Notes under the pieces: model-generated
The model's database searches: none
The model's input: the letters and a program-made list of their open reading frames with translations, nothing else
Told to the model about the DNA's origin: nothing
Position numbers and translations under genes: made by a program
From: an uncultured bacterium
Lineage (GTDB): Bacteria > Fidelibacterota > Marinisomatia > Marinisomatales > UBA1611
Direction of reading: 5' to 3'
Assembly (NCBI GenBank): GCA_965660855.1
Contig: CBFIBM010000004.1
Location: 32,001 to 96,000, forward strand
Length of the DNA: 64,000 bases
Shown: positions 42,024-52,720 of the stretch, one piece after another
Layout of the letters: each line of letters starts with the position of its first letter
How positions within the stretch are numbered: position 1 is the stretch's first letter

Positions 42024-42680
42024 TTACTCTACACCACCTTCAGAGTCATCCCCCTCTTTAGTTTCATTAGGAGTTTCTTCAGATGTATCCGCTGTTTCAG
42101 AATCTTCTTCTTCAATCTCATCTTCTTGAACAATTTGAGAAACCGTTACAATATTTACTTCTTTATCTGTAATTATTTCTATATCCTCATTTTCAAGCTT
42201 AATATCAGAAACATTCATAGAAGAACTGAGCCCTAACTCCTCAACATTTAACTCAACCTGCTCTGGGACATCAGTGGGGAAACAACTAATTTCCAACTGA
42301 TTTATTGACTGAGAAAGAAGTCCACCTTCTTTTACTCCCTTTGCGTCTCCTACCAGAATTAGTGGAACAACTATAGTCAATTTTTCCGATCTTCTTACAC
42401 GCATTAAATCAACATGAATGACCTCATCCAAGACTGGATGGTATTGTACCTCTTTTATCATTGTATACTGGCTTTCGCCTCCTTGATTTATTTCAAAAAT
42501 TCTCTGACCAGATTGCATTGCGTGAAATAACGTAGATTTATTGATCTCAATATTGACATTATCCTCTCCAGCATAGTACAATATGCCAGGAATTACACCT
42601 TTCTTTCTTAAGGCTTTTGAACCTTTTTTCTTAAGATCTACTCGATCTGATATCTCTAGTTTATAGTAAGATGATGGCAT
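42024..42680 (-). CDS. rplY: 50S ribosomal protein L25 (Ctc form)
   Basis: LRKKGVIPGILY, QYHPV...HVD, GVKEGG; acidic tail. Confidence 0.95.
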   Translation of the reverse strand: MPSSYYKLEISDRVDLKKKGSKALRKKGVIPGILYYAGEDNVNIEINKSTLFHAMQSGQRIFEINQGGESQYTMIKEVQYHPVLDEVIHVDLMRVRRSEKLTIVVPLILVGDAKGVKEGGLLSQSINQLEISCFPTDVPEQVELNVEELGLSSSMNVSDIKLENEDIEIITDKEVNIVTVSQIVQEDEIEEEDSETADTSEETPNETKEGDDSEGGVE

Positions 42681-42694
42681 TTTTTAACTCCTTA

Positions 42695-43642
42695 TTAAAA
42701 TTCAAACAGAGCACTAACAGATTCTCCATTATGAACTCTACTAACTGCTTCTGCAAATACTTTACTTACGGATACAACCTTCATTTTCTCAAACTTTTTA
42801 TTATTTGGTATAAATATTGTATCTGTGATTATAATTTTATTTATTGGGGAATCTTTTAATCTTTCAATTGCTGGTCCGGATAAAACTCCGTGTGTTGCAA
42901 TTGCGGTTACTGATTTCGCACCTTTTTTTAATGCTGCTTTAGCAGCATTTACTGTTGTGCCAGCTGTATCAATCATATCATCAATGATTAAAACATCTAG
43001 CCCCTCTAAATCACCAATCAGGTGACTAACTTCTGCTTTATTTGGCGCATATCTTCTTTTGTCAATTAAAGCAAAATGCATTCCAAGGTTTTTAGCATAT
43101 CCTTGACTCATTTTTGCTGAGCCAACATCTGGAGCTAGAACAACTGAGTTTTTAGGTTTAAAATTCTCTGCAGATATAGAATCTAGAATGATACTCCTAC
43201 TGTATAAATTATCAAATGGAATTTTTGCAAAACCCTGTATTTGAGTTGAATGCAAATCCATTGTTATAATCCTATCAGCACCCATCGCAGTGAATATATC
43301 AATCATTACTCTTGAAGAAATTGGAACTCGAGGTTGATCTTTACGGTCTTGTCTCCCGTACCCAAAATAAGGCACTACTACAGTTACAGTATCTGCTGAA
43401 GCTCTTACTGCAGCATCGATCATCAGGGCTAACTCGATTATATTCTCAGACGGACCATTAGTAGATTGGATTATAAAAACATCATGCCCTCTTATGTTTT
43501 CTTCGTATTTAATCCATAACTCGCCATCAGAAAAAGTTTGAATAGAAACTTTGCCTAGTTCTTGACCTAGACAAGAAGATACTTTCTCTGCTAAGGGAAG
43601 ATTACTCCGACCGCTAAATATTTTTAATTTATTTTTATTCAT
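42695..43642 (-). CDS. prs: Ribose-phosphate pyrophosphokinase
   Basis: FSDGE, YGRQDRK, DLH, PDVG, DDMIDTAGT. Confidence 0.98.
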   Translation of the reverse strand: MNKNKLKIFSGRSNLPLAEKVSSCLGQELGKVSIQTFSDGELWIKYEENIRGHDVFIIQSTNGPSENIIELALMIDAAVRASADTVTVVVPYFGYGRQDRKDQPRVPISSRVMIDIFTAMGADRIITMDLHSTQIQGFAKIPFDNLYSRSIILDSISAENFKPKNSVVLAPDVGSAKMSQGYAKNLGMHFALIDKRRYAPNKAEVSHLIGDLEGLDVLIIDDMIDTAGTTVNAAKAALKKGAKSVTAIATHGVLSGPAIERLKDSPINKIIITDTIFIPNNKKFEKMKVVSVSKVFAEAVSRVHNGESVSALFEF

Positions 43643-43661
43643 TAATACCGTTTAATTAATG

Positions 43662-43732
43662 CTGGGGCGAAGAGAGTCGAACTCCTACTGCCTGGACCAA
43701 AACCAGGTGTACTACCATTATACTACGCCCCA
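43662..43732 (-). tRNA. tRNA-Gln (UUG)
   Basis: Folds as TGGGGCG acceptor stem, CCTGG-TT TTG GT-CCAGG anticodon arm, GTTCGA T-loop, CGCCCCA-G. CCA is not encoded. Classic ispE-tRNAGln-prs position. Confidence 0.97.
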
Positions 43733-43756
43733 ATTAAGTTATGTACTCATTCCACA

Positions 43757-44593
43757 TCAAGGTGTGGTAATAAACGTAATATGTGATTTACTTAATTGTA
43801 ACTCGGCTGATTTAGCATCAGCTTTATCGTTAAAAATCGCATACACAGTCGAGCCTGAACCCGACAGACTGGTATAACAAGCATTATAAGCCTGTAACTC
43901 ATCTTTTATAACCCCAATCTCTGGATATGATGGACAAATAATTGATTCAAAATCATTCTCAAAAAGCTCAAATGGAATATGTTTTTTTTCCATCTGATAT
44001 TTAAAATTAACTGCTTTTGATGGTTTCTCCAAAAGGATTTTCGATTTGCTGTAAGCCCAGCTGGTATTAATTTGAAAATCTGGAATGACCAACATAAAAA
44101 AACCGTTAATCTTTTTTTTTATTTGAGTAAGCTTAGTCCCAAGTCCTTCACCAAGCTGAACGCCTCCTCTAATAAAAAATGGTACATCTGCTCCAATCTG
44201 AGAACTAATTTTTTCTAAATCACTATAACTAGCCTTCAACTCATACAACTCATTAATTGCCTTAATAATAGAAGCGGCATTTGAAGAGCCTCCTCCTAAG
44301 CCACTTCCAGGAGGTATCATTTTATTCAAACCTATTGAGATTCCTCCAATGTCATAATTCTCATTCATTAGATTATACGCCTTAATACACAAATTATCCG
44401 AACTATCATCTAACCAATCAACATTTGAAGAAAAAGAACATCCAGAGCTTAATTTAGAAATAGTTAATATGTCATGAAAATCTAATTCTTGAAAAACTGT
44501 ATGAATATTATGAAATCCATCCTTTCTTTTATTAATTATTCTAAGGCCTATATTTACCTTTGATTTTGATTTTAATTTTAAAACACTTGCCAT
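43757..44593 (-). CDS. ispE: 4-diphosphocytidyl-2C-methyl-D-erythritol kinase
   Basis: KVNIGL, IPPGSGLGGGSSNAA, GADVPFF, SGSGST. Confidence 0.96.
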   Translation of the reverse strand: MASVLKLKSKSKVNIGLRIINKRKDGFHNIHTVFQELDFHDILTISKLSSGCSFSSNVDWLDDSSDNLCIKAYNLMNENYDIGGISIGLNKMIPPGSGLGGGSSNAASIIKAINELYELKASYSDLEKISSQIGADVPFFIRGGVQLGEGLGTKLTQIKKKINGFFMLVIPDFQINTSWAYSKSKILLEKPSKAVNFKYQMEKKHIPFELFENDFESIICPSYPEIGVIKDELQAYNACYTSLSGSGSTVYAIFNDKADAKSAELQLSKSHITFITTP

Positions 44594-45067
44594 TTACTTT
44601 GATAAGGTTGCAATAGCCAATACTGACCAGCCTAACTTTTTACCTATAAATCCTAAGTAGTCGGTTGTTGTCGCCTTTATTGAAACTTGTGATTTGTCTA
44701 ACTCTAAAATGTCTGATAGGGAATTTTTTATTTGAGGAATGTAAGGTCTTAGCATTGGTGTTTGAAGAACAATAGTTGCATCAATATTATTAATTGAGTA
44801 CCCTTCTTTTCTCACTTTAGATATAACATCTATTAAAAACATCTTACTTTCAACATTTTCCCATTCATCTTTATCGCTTGGAAAAAAGACACCTAGGTCT
44901 CCCAATGAAGCAGCCCCAAGTAACGCATCGCATATAGAATGTATTAAGGCATCGCCATCGGAGTGGCCTAAAGATCCAAACTCTGCTTGAATAGGAACAG
45001 AACCGATAATAAGGCTTTCCCCTCTAACTAATTGATGAACATCATATCCAATTCCTGTTTTAATCAT
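44594..45067 (-). CDS. ispF: 2C-methyl-D-erythritol 2,4-cyclodiphosphate synthase
   Basis: GIGYDVH, GHSDGD, KATT. Start at MIKTG, an ATGA overlap with ispD. Confidence 0.96.
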   Translation of the reverse strand: MIKTGIGYDVHQLVRGESLIIGSVPIQAEFGSLGHSDGDALIHSICDALLGAASLGDLGVFFPSDKDEWENVESKMFLIDVISKVRKEGYSINNIDATIVLQTPMLRPYIPQIKNSLSDILELDKSQVSIKATTTDYLGFIGKKLGWSVLAIATLSK

Positions 45068-45735
45068 TTCCCTGCCTTTTTCAATCTTTCCCAATCTTCA
45101 GGAGATGTTACCTTAAAATTTGAGATATCCCCATCAACAGGTACTACAAAAAAACCCGCTTCCTCCATTAAGCTAGACTCATCTGTACCTATTATCTTTT
45201 TATTCAATGCATTTTCAAATGCACTAATTAATTTATCTTTTTTAAAAACTTGGGGTGTTTGCGCCAACCAAATATTTTTTCGATCTAAACTTTGTTTTAT
45301 TTTATCATTAAAAATTAATTTTACAGTATCTACCGGTTGAATAGCGGCAATTGCACCATCATACATAAAAGATTTTTCTATAGTCTTATTAATTAATTTT
45401 TCTGTTACAAAAGGGCGAGCTGCATCATGAATACAGACTAACTCTATATCTTCTGCTAAAACATTTAAACCATTATTAACCGAGCCTTGTCGAGTTTGAC
45501 CCCCTACAACTACTTTTAAGTTTTTATTTTTTAAAAATATATATTCAAAAGATTTTTTTATTTTTTCAACTTGTCCTTCAGGAACAGCAATTATTATTTC
45601 TTTGACTAAAGAAATCTTAAGAAATTTATCAACTGAATAACTTAATAAAGGCTTTCCTCTAAATAGTTTAAATTGTTTTTCGCCACCAAATCTATTTCCT
45701 GAGCCAGCAGCAGGTATTATAACAGCTACTTTCAT
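45064..45735 (-). CDS. ispD: 2C-methyl-D-erythritol 4-phosphate cytidylyltransferase
   Basis: PAAGSGNRF, KQF, IHDAARP, QTPQ, NFKVT. Confidence 0.96.
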   Translation of the reverse strand: MKVAVIIPAAGSGNRFGGEKQFKLFRGKPLLSYSVDKFLKISLVKEIIIAVPEGQVEKIKKSFEYIFLKNKNLKVVVGGQTRQGSVNNGLNVLAEDIELVCIHDAARPFVTEKLINKTIEKSFMYDGAIAAIQPVDTVKLIFNDKIKQSLDRKNIWLAQTPQVFKKDKLISAFENALNKKIIGTDESSLMEEAGFFVVPVDGDISNFKVTSPEDWERLKKAGK

Positions 45736-45743
45736 TATAATAA

Positions 45744-46796
45744 TTAAACAATTATCATTGCGTCGCCATAACTCAAAAATCTATAATCTTTCTTCTTGGC
45801 TTCATTGTATGCTTTTTTGATTAGCTTCCTATCAGCAAAAGCACTAACCATCATTAAAAGGGTTGATTGAGGAGTGTGGAAATTAGTAATCATTTTATCA
45901 ACCATTTTGTATTCATAAGGGGGATAAATAAACTTATCTGTCCATCCTCTTTTTGGCGTAACTTGAAACCCAGAAATCGCTATTGTTTCTAAGGCTCTAA
46001 CTGTGGAAGTACCAACAGCAATGATTTTTCTGTGCCTTTTCCTCGCCTGATTTATAGCCATTGATGTAGCAGGAGAAACTTCAAAATATTCTGAATCCAT
46101 CTGATGACGATTAAGGTCCTCCACTTGAACTGGTCTAAATGTACCAAGCCCTATATGTAACGTAACTGTTTCTATTTTTACGCCCTTTTTTTTAGCTTTG
46201 CTAAGAAGAGAATCTGTAAAATGTAATCCGGCGGTTGGAGCCGCGACTGCACCCTTTTCAGTAGCATATACAGTTTGATATCTTTTTTTATCTCTATTAT
46301 CAGCATCTCTATTAATATATGGAGGAAGTGGTGAAATCCCAATTTTGTCAATAATATCATGAAGGCTATCTGCATTATGCTCAAACCGAACGACCCTGCC
46401 TCCTGAAACTGTATTATCAATCACATCACACATAAGGTTTTTATTAAAAACTAATTTATTCCCAATCCGGACCTTTCTTGCAGGACGAACCATTACTTCC
46501 CATAAGTCAGTTGATAGCTCTCTTAATAAAAAAACCTCTACTTTTGCATCTGTTCTGTCTTTGGTTGCAAAAAGACGAGCAGGAAAAACTTTGGTATTAT
46601 TCAGAACTAAAAGGTCATTCTTTCTCATATAATCAATTACATTATAAAATTTTCTATGTTCAATTTCACCGGTATCTTTATGTATCACCATTAGCTTAGA
46701 GTAATCTCTTCTTGCTTCAGGATTCTGAGCTATAAAGTTTTTTGGTAATCGGTAATTAAAATCACCAAGCTTATATTTTTTTTTCTTATCTATCAT
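45744..46796 (-). CDS. queA: S-adenosylmethionine:tRNA ribosyltransferase-isomerase
   Basis: [38 protein letters not shown]. Confidence 0.98.
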   Translation of the reverse strand: MIDKKKKYKLGDFNYRLPKNFIAQNPEARRDYSKLMVIHKDTGEIEHRKFYNVIDYMRKNDLLVLNNTKVFPARLFATKDRTDAKVEVFLLRELSTDLWEVMVRPARKVRIGNKLVFNKNLMCDVIDNTVSGGRVVRFEHNADSLHDIIDKIGISPLPPYINRDADNRDKKRYQTVYATEKGAVAAPTAGLHFTDSLLSKAKKKGVKIETVTLHIGLGTFRPVQVEDLNRHQMDSEYFEVSPATSMAINQARKRHRKIIAVGTSTVRALETIAISGFQVTPKRGWTDKFIYPPYEYKMVDKMITNFHTPQSTLLMMVSAFADRKLIKKAYNEAKKKDYRFLSYGDAMIIV

Positions 46797-47815
46797 TTGA
46801 ATAACCCCTGTTGGTCTTTGATTGGTTCTTTATTTAATAATTTATACGCAGTTTCTTGTGCAATACGTCCTCTTGAGGTCCTGAGTAAAAAACCTTCTTT
46901 AATTAGAAATGGTTCATAAACATCTTCAATTGTACTTGGATCTTCACCTATAGCAACCGCGAGAGATTTTACACCTACAGGACCCCCAGAAAACTTTTCA
47001 ATTATCACGCTTAAAATTTTTCTATCCATTTCATCCAAGCCTATCGAATCTATTCCAAGTTTTTCTAATGAAAACTTAGCAACTTCTAAATTTATTTTAC
47101 CTTCTGCTTTTACTTGCGCGAAATCCCTTGCACGACGCAATATCCTATTTGCTAGTCTCGGCGTTCCTCTACTTCTTCTTGCTAATTCCATCGCTCCATC
47201 ATCATCTATATCAACCTCAAGAATTTGGGCAGATCTATTTATTATATGGAAAAGATCCTTCGGTTCGTAATAATCAACTCTGAGAACAACTCCAAACCTA
47301 TCTCTTAACGGAGAAGTTAAATTTCCTAACTGTGTTGTCGCCCCCACTAGAGTAAATGGCTCAACAGATAGTTGTACGCTTCTAGCACTTGGTCCTTTAT
47401 CTATCATAATATCTATAGAAAAGTCCTCCATAGCTGAATACAAGTATTCTTCAACAACGCTATTCAAGCGATGAATTTCATCAATGAAAAAAACGTCTCG
47501 GTGCCCTAGGTTTGTTATCATACCTGCTAAGTCTCCGGCTCGCTCAACTACTGGACCAGAAGCTTGTTTAATTTCAGAATTAAGCTCTTTTGAAACTATG
47601 TTTGCAATAGTTGTCTTTCCTAAGCCTGGCGGTCCAAAGAGAAGTACATGATCTAGTGCATCACCTCTATTATTTGAGGCTTCAATATAAAGCTTTAAAT
47701 TGTCAACAAGTTCTTTTTGACCAATGAAATCATCAAACTTTGAAGGCCTAAGAGACTTCTCTATCGCAAGGTCATCTTCTTGAGGGGCAGGATCTGTTAT
47801 GTGTATTTCAGTCAT
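46793..47815 (-). CDS. ruvB: Holliday junction branch migration helicase RuvB
   Basis: LRP...[26 protein letters not shown]. Confidence 0.98.
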   Translation of the reverse strand: MTEIHITDPAPQEDDLAIEKSLRPSKFDDFIGQKELVDNLKLYIEASNNRGDALDHVLLFGPPGLGKTTIANIVSKELNSEIKQASGPVVERAGDLAGMITNLGHRDVFFIDEIHRLNSVVEEYLYSAMEDFSIDIMIDKGPSARSVQLSVEPFTLVGATTQLGNLTSPLRDRFGVVLRVDYYEPKDLFHIINRSAQILEVDIDDDGAMELARRSRGTPRLANRILRRARDFAQVKAEGKINLEVAKFSLEKLGIDSIGLDEMDRKILSVIIEKFSGGPVGVKSLAVAIGEDPSTIEDVYEPFLIKEGFLLRTSRGRIAQETAYKLLNKEPIKDQQGLFK

Positions 47816-47903
47816 ATTGCAAAATATTAATTAAACATTAAATTTTTGTTATGGAAACTACAATCTGAAACAGCATACGTAAAGAATTCAGAATAAAAAT
47901 ATA

Positions 47904-50738
47904 TTAGTATCCTTTTTTTAAAATTGGCTTTAAAAATTCACCAGTATAAGAACCTTTTATTTTAGATAATTCTTCTGGCGTACCACAACCAATAACATTA
48001 CCGCCTCCCACCCCACCTTCAGGGCCAAGATCAATAATCCAATCTGCAGTTTTTACTACATCAAGGTTGTGTTCGATTACAATTACTGTATTCCCTTTAT
48101 CTACTAATCTATTTAATACCTTTAATAACATTCTTATATCTTCAAAATGCAGACCTGTTGTGGGTTCATCTAAAATGTATAATGTCTTGGTTGTTGAAAC
48201 CTTAGATAACTCAGTTGCAAGCTTCACTCTTTGGGCTTCACCACCAGATAAGGTAGTCGCTTGCTGGCCCAAATGAATATAGCTAAGACCAACATCATCT
48301 AGTGTTTTTAATTTTTTTTTGATTGATGGAATACTATCAAAAAAAACTAATGCTTCTGAAACTGGCATATTCAATATTTCAGCAATAGATTTACCTTTAT
48401 ATTTAACTTCTAAAGTTTCTCTATTATATCTTTTCCCTAAGCAAACTTCACAAGAAACATAAACGTCTGGTAAAAAATTCATTTCAATTTTTATAATTCC
48501 ATCACCTTCACATGATTCGCAACGTCCTCCTTTGACATTGAACGAAAACCTTCCGGGCTTGTAGCCTCTAATTTTTGATTCTGGCAACTTTGAGAAGAGA
48601 TCTCTTATAAATGTAAATAAACCTGTATAAGTTGCAGGATTTGACCTAGGTGTTCTTCCAATTGGCTTTTGATCAATATCAACAATTTTATCTAAAAATT
48701 GAGAGCCATCAAAAGAGTTATAGTTTAAAGGGTAGGCCCTTGACCTGTTAAGTTCTTTTGCAAGAAGGGGGTATAATGTTCCATTAACCAATGAACTCTT
48801 TCCACTTCCAGATACTCCTGTTACAGAAATGAAAACGCCTAATGGAAATTGTACATTAATACTATTTAAATTATTTCCACTTGCACCGTCTAGTTTTAAA
48901 AATTTCTTATTCCCCGGTCTTCTCTTTGAAGGGATTTCTATTCTCCTTTTACCAGTTAAATATTGTGCTGTTAATGATTTTTTCGTTTTTTGTAAGTCTT
49001 CAGGTTTTCCTGAAAAAGTAATTTCACCACCATATTTACCTGCTCCTGGACCAATATCTAAAACATAATCAGCGGCTTCAATTGTCTCTTGGTCATGCTC
49101 GACAACAAGTATAGAATTTCCAATGTCTCGCAATGCTTGTAAGGTCTTTAGTAATTTATTATTATCTCTTGGATGCAGTCCAATAGAAGGTTCATCTAAT
49201 ATGTATAATACCCCCATTAGTTGAGAGCCTATTTGAGTGGCGAGCCGTATCCTCTGAGCTTCTCCTCCTGAAAGTGTAACGGCAGATCGGTCTAAAGTTA
49301 GATAACTGAGTCCAACATTTACCAAAAAACTAAGTCTTTGCTGAACTTCTTTTAATATCTGCTCAGCAATACTTTTCTGCATTTCAGTTAATTTAAGACT
49401 ATTGAAAAAATTACTAAGTGGTAAAATAGGCATTGCAGAGATATCTCCAATATTTTTCCCATTAACTAAGACTGATAATGTTTCTTTCCTAAAACGAGTG
49501 CCTCTGCAATGAGAGCATGAACGCATGCTCATGAATTGTTCTATCCATTGACGTATTCCTTGTGATTTTGTTTGTTTATAGCGCCTCATCAAATTAGGGA
49601 TTGCTCCTTCCCATCCACCAGAATAAGTCCCCTCCCATCGAGATGAAGCATATTCCATTTTAAATTTTTCTTTACCTGTTCCATTCAAAAGAACTTGTTT
49701 AACCTTATGATCTAACTTTATCCATGGTGTAGAAAAATTAAATTTGTAATGTTTAGATAGACTTTTTAAAATACTTCCATACCAGTTTCCTCGTGGTTGC
49801 TCACCTAATGGAGCTATTGCTCCTTGAATTAGACTCTTGTTTTTATCTGGTACAATTAAATTAGGGTCAACTTCCATATGAGACCCTAAACCATCACATT
49901 TATGACAAGCTCCATATGGGGAGTTAAACGAAAAAATTCTAGGAACAATTTCTTCCATAGAAACGTCACAACCCGCGCATGATAAATGTTCAGAGAATAA
50001 ATATTCATTTTTAGGGAGTACATTTATAATAATGGAACCAGAGCCAATCTTTAGAGCAAGCTCAATCGATTCAGTCATTCGTTCATGGACAGAATCATTA
50101 ACTATCAACCTATCAACTACTACTTCAATATGATGTTTTTTATTTTTATTTAATTTTATATTTTCATTAACAGATAAAATTTCTCCATCAACACGTAATC
50201 TTAAAAAGCCATCTTTTTTTATTTCTTCAATAATTGATTTATGCTGTCCTTTTTTCCCTTTAACAATAGGGGCTAGAATATGCATTTTACTTCCAGTTTT
50301 GAATTTTTTTACCCTATCTACAATTTCTTGCACTGTTTGTTTTTGAATCGGTTTTTCACATTTCCAACAATGTGGTATTCCAATATGGGCATATAACAAT
50401 CGTAAATAATCGTGAATTTCTGTTACGGTACCTACAGTTGACCTAGGATTTCTAGCTGTCGCTTTCTGCTCAATTGAAATCGCAGGTGAGAGTCCTTCTA
50501 TAGAGTCTAAATCTGGCTTTTCCATTAAACCTAAGAATTGTCTAGCGTAAGACGAAAGAGATTCAACATATCGCCTTTGACCTTCTGCATAAATTGTATC
50601 AAATGCTAATGAAGATTTTCCTGATCCAGATAAACCGGTTATTACTACAAACTGATCTCTAGGAATAGTAACATTTATATCTTTTAAGTTATGCTGCCTT
50701 GCGCCTTTAATTATAATTTTGTCTTTAGATTCTTTCAC
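47904..50738 (-). CDS. uvrA: Excinuclease ABC subunit A
   Basis: Two ABC ATPase modules (GLSGSGKSS, GVSGSGKSS, LSGGEAQR) and zinc fingers. Confidence 0.99.
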   Translation of the reverse strand: MKESKDKIIIKGARQHNLKDINVTIPRDQFVVITGLSGSGKSSLAFDTIYAEGQRRYVESLSSYARQFLGLMEKPDLDSIEGLSPAISIEQKATARNPRSTVGTVTEIHDYLRLLYAHIGIPHCWKCEKPIQKQTVQEIVDRVKKFKTGSKMHILAPIVKGKKGQHKSIIEEIKKDGFLRLRVDGEILSVNENIKLNKNKKHHIEVVVDRLIVNDSVHERMTESIELALKIGSGSIIINVLPKNEYLFSEHLSCAGCDVSMEEIVPRIFSFNSPYGACHKCDGLGSHMEVDPNLIVPDKNKSLIQGAIAPLGEQPRGNWYGSILKSLSKHYKFNFSTPWIKLDHKVKQVLLNGTGKEKFKMEYASSRWEGTYSGGWEGAIPNLMRRYKQTKSQGIRQWIEQFMSMRSCSHCRGTRFRKETLSVLVNGKNIGDISAMPILPLSNFFNSLKLTEMQKSIAEQILKEVQQRLSFLVNVGLSYLTLDRSAVTLSGGEAQRIRLATQIGSQLMGVLYILDEPSIGLHPRDNNKLLKTLQALRDIGNSILVVEHDQETIEAADYVLDIGPGAGKYGGEITFSGKPEDLQKTKKSLTAQYLTGKRRIEIPSKRRPGNKKFLKLDGASGNNLNSINVQFPLGVFISVTGVSGSGKSSLVNGTLYPLLAKELNRSRAYPLNYNSFDGSQFLDKIVDIDQKPIGRTPRSNPATYTGLFTFIRDLFSKLPESKIRGYKPGRFSFNVKGGRCESCEGDGIIKIEMNFLPDVYVSCEVCLGKRYNRETLEVKYKGKSIAEILNMPVSEALVFFDSIPSIKKKLKTLDDVGLSYIHLGQQATTLSGGEAQRVKLATELSKVSTTKTLYILDEPTTGLHFEDIRMLLKVLNRLVDKGNTVIVIEHNLDVVKTADWIIDLGPEGGVGGGNVIGCGTPEELSKIKGSYTGEFLKPILKKGY

Positions 50739-50821
50739 AAAGCCTTCTTTTCTAATAATTTAAAAATTGCCAGCTTTAAAATTACAATATAAAATAACTT
50801 AAGCCCTAATATGATTTAAAT

Positions 50822-51361
50822 ATGAATTCATTAAAAAATAAAATTATAATTTCAATGCCAACAATGAAAGACTACTTCTTTGAGAAATCGATTGCTTATA
50901 TTTCTGACCATGGTATCAACGGTGCAACTGGGTTCATATTAAATAAAAAAATTGATACACCTAAGTTCAAAAAATTATTTAGAACTAAATTTTTAAAGAA
51001 GTATAAAGCTAAAATAGATAAAACATTTTTAATGGGAGGGCCATTACATTTAAATAAAGGAATTATAATTTATGAGTCAAAAAATAAAATAGTGGACTCA
51101 AATCCACTAAGCGAGAACCTATTTTATTCAAATAATAAAAATGCCCTAAAATATTTGTGTGATAAAAAAACAATTCTTTATAAGGTTTTTTTTGGTTATT
51201 CTGCTTGGGGAAAAGGGCAATTAGAATCTGAGTTAAGAGCTGGTGATTGAATAATTAAAGAGATGAATAATGATTTTATTTTCAAAAGCAATTCAATTGA
51301 AATGTGGAAGAACACACTCAATTCAATCAGTGAAAACCTAGGACAAGGAGGCATTTCTTAA
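50822..51361 (+). pseudogene. YqgE/AlgH family protein interrupted by one in-frame TGA (51248-51250)
   Basis: GATGFILNK, GGP, GYSAWGKGQLESE motifs. After the TGA the same frame runs on to TAA at 51361 with a family-like tail (IF...MW...L...G). Confidence 0.75.
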
Positions 51362-51420
51362 AATTGATTTATTTTCTTCTTGATTTTACTATCTATCAGG
51401 CTAAAAATTGGACTATCAAT

Positions 51421-51801
51421 ATGTGTAAAATTAAACGTCATCGCATGCTTTTTACTTTCCTTTCAGGGTTCTTTATAGTTCTGAGCTCATGTCAGGAAGA
51501 CCCGTCAAGGCACTTAAACCTTGGAGATTGGTACCTACAACGCGGTCTATTAGATGAAGCAATAATGGAATATCGCGAAGTCTCTCGACTTTACTCAGGA
51601 GACCAAGACAAACTTAAGAGAGAGCAATTCCAAGTACTTGGTAAAGCTCATTTAAAATTAGCGATAGCATATACAAAAAAAGGTTGGTGGGAATATGCGT
51701 TAAATGAAGCAAAAAGAAGTTTCGAAATTACCCCTAATAAAGATTGTCATGATCTTATTGTTCTCATTGAAGAAAAACTATTACAAAAGACTGATAATTA
51801 G
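51421..51801 (+). CDS. TPR-containing lipoprotein
   Basis: Basic N-terminus, hydrophobic stretch, LSSC lipobox; TPR-like HLNLGDWY...EA and HLKLAIAY...A. Confidence 0.7.
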   Translation: MCKIKRHRMLFTFLSGFFIVLSSCQEDPSRHLNLGDWYLQRGLLDEAIMEYREVSRLYSGDQDKLKREQFQVLGKAHLKLAIAYTKKGWWEYALNEAKRSFEITPNKDCHDLIVLIEEKLLQKTDN

Positions 51802-51813
51802 ACAATTCCTCTT

Positions 51814-52596
51814 TTAAATTGTCCCTGATCTTGATTCGCCCCCATCACAATATATTATTGAACAATTAATAAAGTCTGCGTCTTTATTTAATAACATAGA
51901 TATTGTTGCTGCGATATCGTCAGGTGTTGTTGTTCTCCCCATTGGGTTCCTTTTTTTAGTATTTTCAACCCAAGTTTCCCAATTTTCCGTAATCTTTGTT
52001 AAAGCTCTTGTTGGAGTCACTCCAGCTTGCACAGAATTTGCAGTTATTCCATATTTCCCTAGCTCCCAACCAATTTGTCTAATGATTGCTTCCATTGCAA
52101 CTTTTGCAACACTTACAGGACCGTATCCTTCCATCGCCAAATAATTTCCTTCACTTGTTAATCCCATAATCCGTGAGCCTTGAGATAAGAGCTCATTAAG
52201 AAAAAGGTTTTGAGTCCAATAAAGTAATGAATTACCCATCACATGCACTGTCATATCCATCTGTCTTTGAGTAACCGGCTTCTCACCAAAAAAGTTAGTT
52301 GTTGTTCCAAAAGCAATAGAATGTAATAGCAGCTTAAGTGGTTTTCCTTCAGTAATTTCTTTTATTTTTGGAATATATTTCTGGATGGTATCTTCAGAAG
52401 CTGCATTTGTATTAAAATAATGACAGCAACCACTTGACAACTGCTCTACTTCTTCAATATTTTTTAAAGCAATTTTTTTTGCTTCTCCTCTATCAAAATG
52501 AAAAGCAATTATTCCATATCCATCTTTTGCTAATCTTTTAGCTGTTGCAGCTCCATGTCCAGTTGAACCTCCAAGCAATAAAACCCATTGACGCAT
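51814..52596 (-). CDS. Enoyl-ACP reductase-like SDR (FabL/FabI type)
   Basis: GGSTGHG Rossmann motif, Y-x6-K (YGPVSVAK), NPMGR; divergent from fabA. Confidence 0.75.
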   Translation of the reverse strand: MRQWVLLLGGSTGHGAATAKRLAKDGYGIIAFHFDRGEAKKIALKNIEEVEQLSSGCCHYFNTNAASEDTIQKYIPKIKEITEGKPLKLLLHSIAFGTTTNFFGEKPVTQRQMDMTVHVMGNSLLYWTQNLFLNELLSQGSRIMGLTSEGNYLAMEGYGPVSVAKVAMEAIIRQIGWELGKYGITANSVQAGVTPTRALTKITENWETWVENTKKRNPMGRTTTPDDIAATISMLLNKDADFINCSIIYCDGGESRSGTI

Positions 52597-52720
52597 TTTT
52601 TTTCTCCAAAATAATTAATTCTAATTTAACTTTTTATTTTTATTTAATTGTTATGAATTGTGAGTTTAAAAATTGATTTTTTTGTTGTACTCTTTATGAT
52701 TAAAAATTAATTATAAAAAA

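Noticed and set aside
43643..43756. tRNA-Gln as a prophage or island attachment site
   Set aside because: Flanked by conserved ispE and prs; no integrase or duplicated tRNA 3' end seen.
43659..43877. 72-aa ORF on the plus strand
   Set aside because: Antisense to tRNA-Gln and the end of ispE; a shadow ORF.
44594..45735. ispD-ispF as a frameshifted IspDF fusion
   Set aside because: Standard ATGA overlap with an AGGAA-type RBS before ispF; both proteins are full length.
51248..51250. Selenocysteine or genome-wide UGA recoding
   Set aside because: The position corresponds to Trp, not Cys, and TGA terminates udk, tsaC, ispD and ruvB at normal lengths with start-codon overlaps.
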